DNA from: Campylobacterota bacterium
Lineage (GTDB): Bacteria; Campylobacterota; Campylobacteria; Campylobacterales; Arcobacteraceae
Assembly: GCA_051746405.1 (NCBI GenBank)
Contig: JBNJFB010000062.1
Location: 1-12,109, forward strand
Direction of reading: 5' to 3'
DNA length: 12,109 bases
Positions 10,003 through 12,109 of this stretch are shown here, in pieces. Numbering within the stretch: the stretch's first letter is position 1; every line of letters begins with the position of its first letter. Under the pieces are notes generated by a model, which saw nothing but the letters and a program-made list of their open reading frames with translations, did not search any database and was not told the DNA's origin. The translations under genes were made by a program, and so were the position numbers.

Positions 10003-10977
10003 TTAAAATAAATCTATTGTATCCTCTTCAGTTAACTCTGCATAATCAAAAAACTGACTTCTACCTCTGTTTTTAGCTTCATATAATGCAATATCTGCAT
10101 TTTTAATAGCATCATTTATTGTACCTGAAGAGTTTGTATGAAATGTCTCTAAACCTATACATATAGTTTTCATAAGCTTTTGTTTTGTTTGTATATCTAC
10201 AGTTATTGCTACTTTTGCAAAATCCTGAATAATATTTTTTGCTAGTTCTTCAACTTGATGTTTCATTTTATTGCTTAAAATTGTTACAAGAAATTCATCA
10301 GCATTTAATCTTGCAACCATATCAAACTCATTTATATTAGTATGTATTATTTTTGCTAATTCTACTAAAACTTTATCAGAAATATCATAGTTAAACTCAT
10401 CAACAACTGCTTTAAAGTGGTCAACTCCTACCATTAAGAAGTATATCTCTTTATTCTTATTATTGGATAGTGTTAAGTGTTTACTTAAGTTATCGATTAA
10501 ATAGTTACGATTATAGACTTTTGTTACAGAGTCCAATGAAGATGACTCGATAAAATTCTTTTTTAGTATCCCATTTTGAATAATGGGTGATATTTGAAAA
10601 AAAGCAGCTTCAATAATTTGATATTTTGCTTGTAGTACTTCATAGTGTACTTTAGAAGTAGCACAAAATGAAACAGTTGCATTTAAATTTGTGTGGGTAT
10701 TTATTATAAAAAAATATGACTTATCATCGTCTAAAAAGAACTCTTCTCCTTTTGAGTAAACCTCTTCTTTTGAATTGCTACTAATATCAATTAGTGCAAA
10801 TGTAAGGTTATCTATTTTAAATTCATTATGAAGCCAATCATAGATGTCATCTGCCATTTGTATTAAGTTTGTTGAAAATTGCAGCTGTTCATATAGGCTA
10901 TAAATAGTCTCTAAGCATTCATAGCTATATTCATCTGTTTTTGACTTCTTAATCAAATCTAATATTTGTTCTTTCAT
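10003..10977 (-). CDS. GAF-like + degenerate GGDEF domain protein (NADEF; no RxxD I-site)
   Basis: GGDEF-fold motifs DSVTKVYNR, GVDHFKAVVDEFNYDISDKVL, ARLNADEF (NADEF at 10305..10291) and ADIALYEAKNRGR. The N-terminus has a GAF-like helix/strand pattern. SD TAAGG overlaps the upstream stop codon. Confidence 0.9.
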   Translation of the reverse strand: MKEQILDLIKKSKTDEYSYECLETIYSLYEQLQFSTNLIQMADDIYDWLHNEFKIDNLTFALIDISSNSKEEVYSKGEEFFLDDDKSYFFIINTHTNLNATVSFCATSKVHYEVLQAKYQIIEAAFFQISPIIQNGILKKNFIESSSLDSVTKVYNRNYLIDNLSKHLTLSNNKNKEIYFLMVGVDHFKAVVDEFNYDISDKVLVELAKIIHTNINEFDMVARLNADEFLVTILSNKMKHQVEELAKNIIQDFAKVAITVDIQTKQKLMKTICIGLETFHTNSSGTINDAIKNADIALYEAKNRGRSQFFDYAELTEEDTIDLF

Positions 10978-10985
10978 TATAAACC

Positions 10986-11888
10986 TTAAAAAAAGTCGAT
11001 AGTATTAGTATCCTCTTGGGAAAACTTAAAAGTTTTACTTCGACCTAAATTTCTAGCTTCATATAAAGCTATATCTGATTTTCTGATAATCTCATCTATA
11101 TCTGTTGCATCATCAGGATAGATGGAAACACCACTACATATTGTTTTTTTTAGTATTTGATTAGTTTTTTCATTTACTACTACTTGTTGTTCACTAAATC
11201 TTTCGATTATTTTTTCTGATATCATCATAGCATTCTCACTACTTACAACATTAAGTAAAATTACTAAAAACTCATCTGAGTCAATTTTGACAACTATATC
11301 TGAACTTCTTACACTATCTCTTAATATTTGGGCTAAAGCTATAAGTACTTTATCTCCTACTGTATAATCAAACTCATCAATAACAGCTTTAAACTGGTCA
11401 ACTGCAATCTTTAAAAAAGCAACTTTTTTATTCTCTCTACTTGATAAACTTAGTATCTTATCAGCATAGTTATCTAAATAGTGCCTATTATAAAGACCTG
11501 TAACATTATCAACCAAAGATATGTCTTTTAGTGTATCTTTTAATAGTCTATTATATAAAGTTTGAGAGAACGCTTGCAGGGCTAAGTTTATTACAAAACG
11601 GTTATCTTTTAAAAATTCATAATCATCAATTGCAATAATTATTTTAATTGTTGTTGTGTTACTTTGAATTAACTCAAATACAATATTCTCTTCATCTATT
11701 AATTCATTTGTAGACTTATATAGTATTTGTTGATTTCTCTCTTCATTGTCTATTAAAATAATTTCAATATCTTTTACTTTAAATTTACCTTTTAAGTAAT
11801 TAAGTATTTCATCATAAAACTCATCAAATGTCTTAACAAGCTTTAAACTATCATTTTTCTTTGCAATTGTTTCATAAAATTCGCTCAC
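10986..11888 (-). CDS. GAF-like + degenerate GGDEF domain protein (DSDEF; intact RxxD I-site)
   Basis: DNVTGLYNR, AVDQFKAVIDEFDYTVGDKVL, RSSD-IVVKI-DSDEF (11309..11268) and SDIALYEARNLGR. GTG start with SD AAAGG overlapping the upstream stop codon. Confidence 0.9.
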   Translation of the reverse strand: MSEFYETIAKKNDSLKLVKTFDEFYDEILNYLKGKFKVKDIEIILIDNEERNQQILYKSTNELIDEENIVFELIQSNTTTIKIIIAIDDYEFLKDNRFVINLALQAFSQTLYNRLLKDTLKDISLVDNVTGLYNRHYLDNYADKILSLSSRENKKVAFLKIAVDQFKAVIDEFDYTVGDKVLIALAQILRDSVRSSDIVVKIDSDEFLVILLNVVSSENAMMISEKIIERFSEQQVVVNEKTNQILKKTICSGVSIYPDDATDIDEIIRKSDIALYEARNLGRSKTFKFSQEDTNTIDFF

Positions 11889-11897
11889 GGTTTACCT

Positions 11898-12109
11898 TTA
11901 TACTATGTATCTGTACCACTGTTTTAAAGAGTCAATCTCACTTTTGAAAGTAGTTTTCTCACCATGACCTGGATATATATGATAATCCTCACCTTCCCAT
12001 GCAATAACTTTTTTGATACTTTCTTTCATTTTTTTTGCATCTGATGTTGGAAAATCAAATCTACCAATTGAGCCTTTAAAGATAAAATCTCCTGTAAATA
12101 GATGTTCAT
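11898..12109 (-). CDS. MBL-fold metallo-hydrolase, glyoxalase II/YcbL-like (C-terminal 69 aa only; 5' part beyond the right edge)
   Basis: Manual translation gives EHLFTGDFIFKGSIGRFDFPTSDAKKMKESIKKVIAWEGEDYHIYPGHGEKTTFKSEIDSLKQWYRYIV*. It contains the LFTGD...GSIGR.D and YPGHG motifs of this family. TAA at 11900..11898. Confidence 0.88.
   Translation of the reverse strand, partial: EHLFTGDFIFKGSIGRFDFPTSDAKKMKESIKKVIAWEGEDYHIYPGHGEKTTFKSEIDSLKQWYRYIV

Noticed and set aside
10003..11888. Calling the two GGDEF genes active diguanylate cyclases or pseudogenes
   Set aside because: The catalytic signature and metal/guanine-binding residues are substituted, arguing against standard DGC activity. 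The reading frames, SDs and shared motifs are intact, arguing against pseudogenes.

Overview
AT-rich bacterial chromosomal window that looks like Campylobacterota, most likely Arcobacteraceae. This is inferred from the fused CcsBA, the 'IAHQWRQPL' kinase H-box and TGnTAtAAT promoters without -35 boxes. Gene order: ligA (minus, runs off the left edge, missed by the ORF track) <-> modE-type Mo regulator -> orphan PAS-PAS histidine kinase -> 114-aa hypothetical membrane protein ><- pepD-like M20 dipeptidase <- ccsBA cytochrome c synthase <-> cmoB ><- two tandem GAF-like/degenerate-GGDEF paralogs <- MBL-fold hydrolase (runs off the right edge, also missed by the ORF track). I saw no RNA genes, CRISPR arrays or mobile elements. 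Most of the window is housekeeping. The most notable element is the translationally coupled pair of pseudo-diguanylate cyclases (NADEF and DSDEF instead of GGDEF). They share the same unusual active-site remodelling and an acidic C-terminal TID(L/F)F tail, and only one keeps the RxxD c-di-GMP I-site, which suggests a possible heteromeric c-di-GMP/nucleotide receptor module. Secondary points are a probable leaderless cmoB mRNA, overlapping divergent ligA/modE promoters and a corrected ccsBA start.
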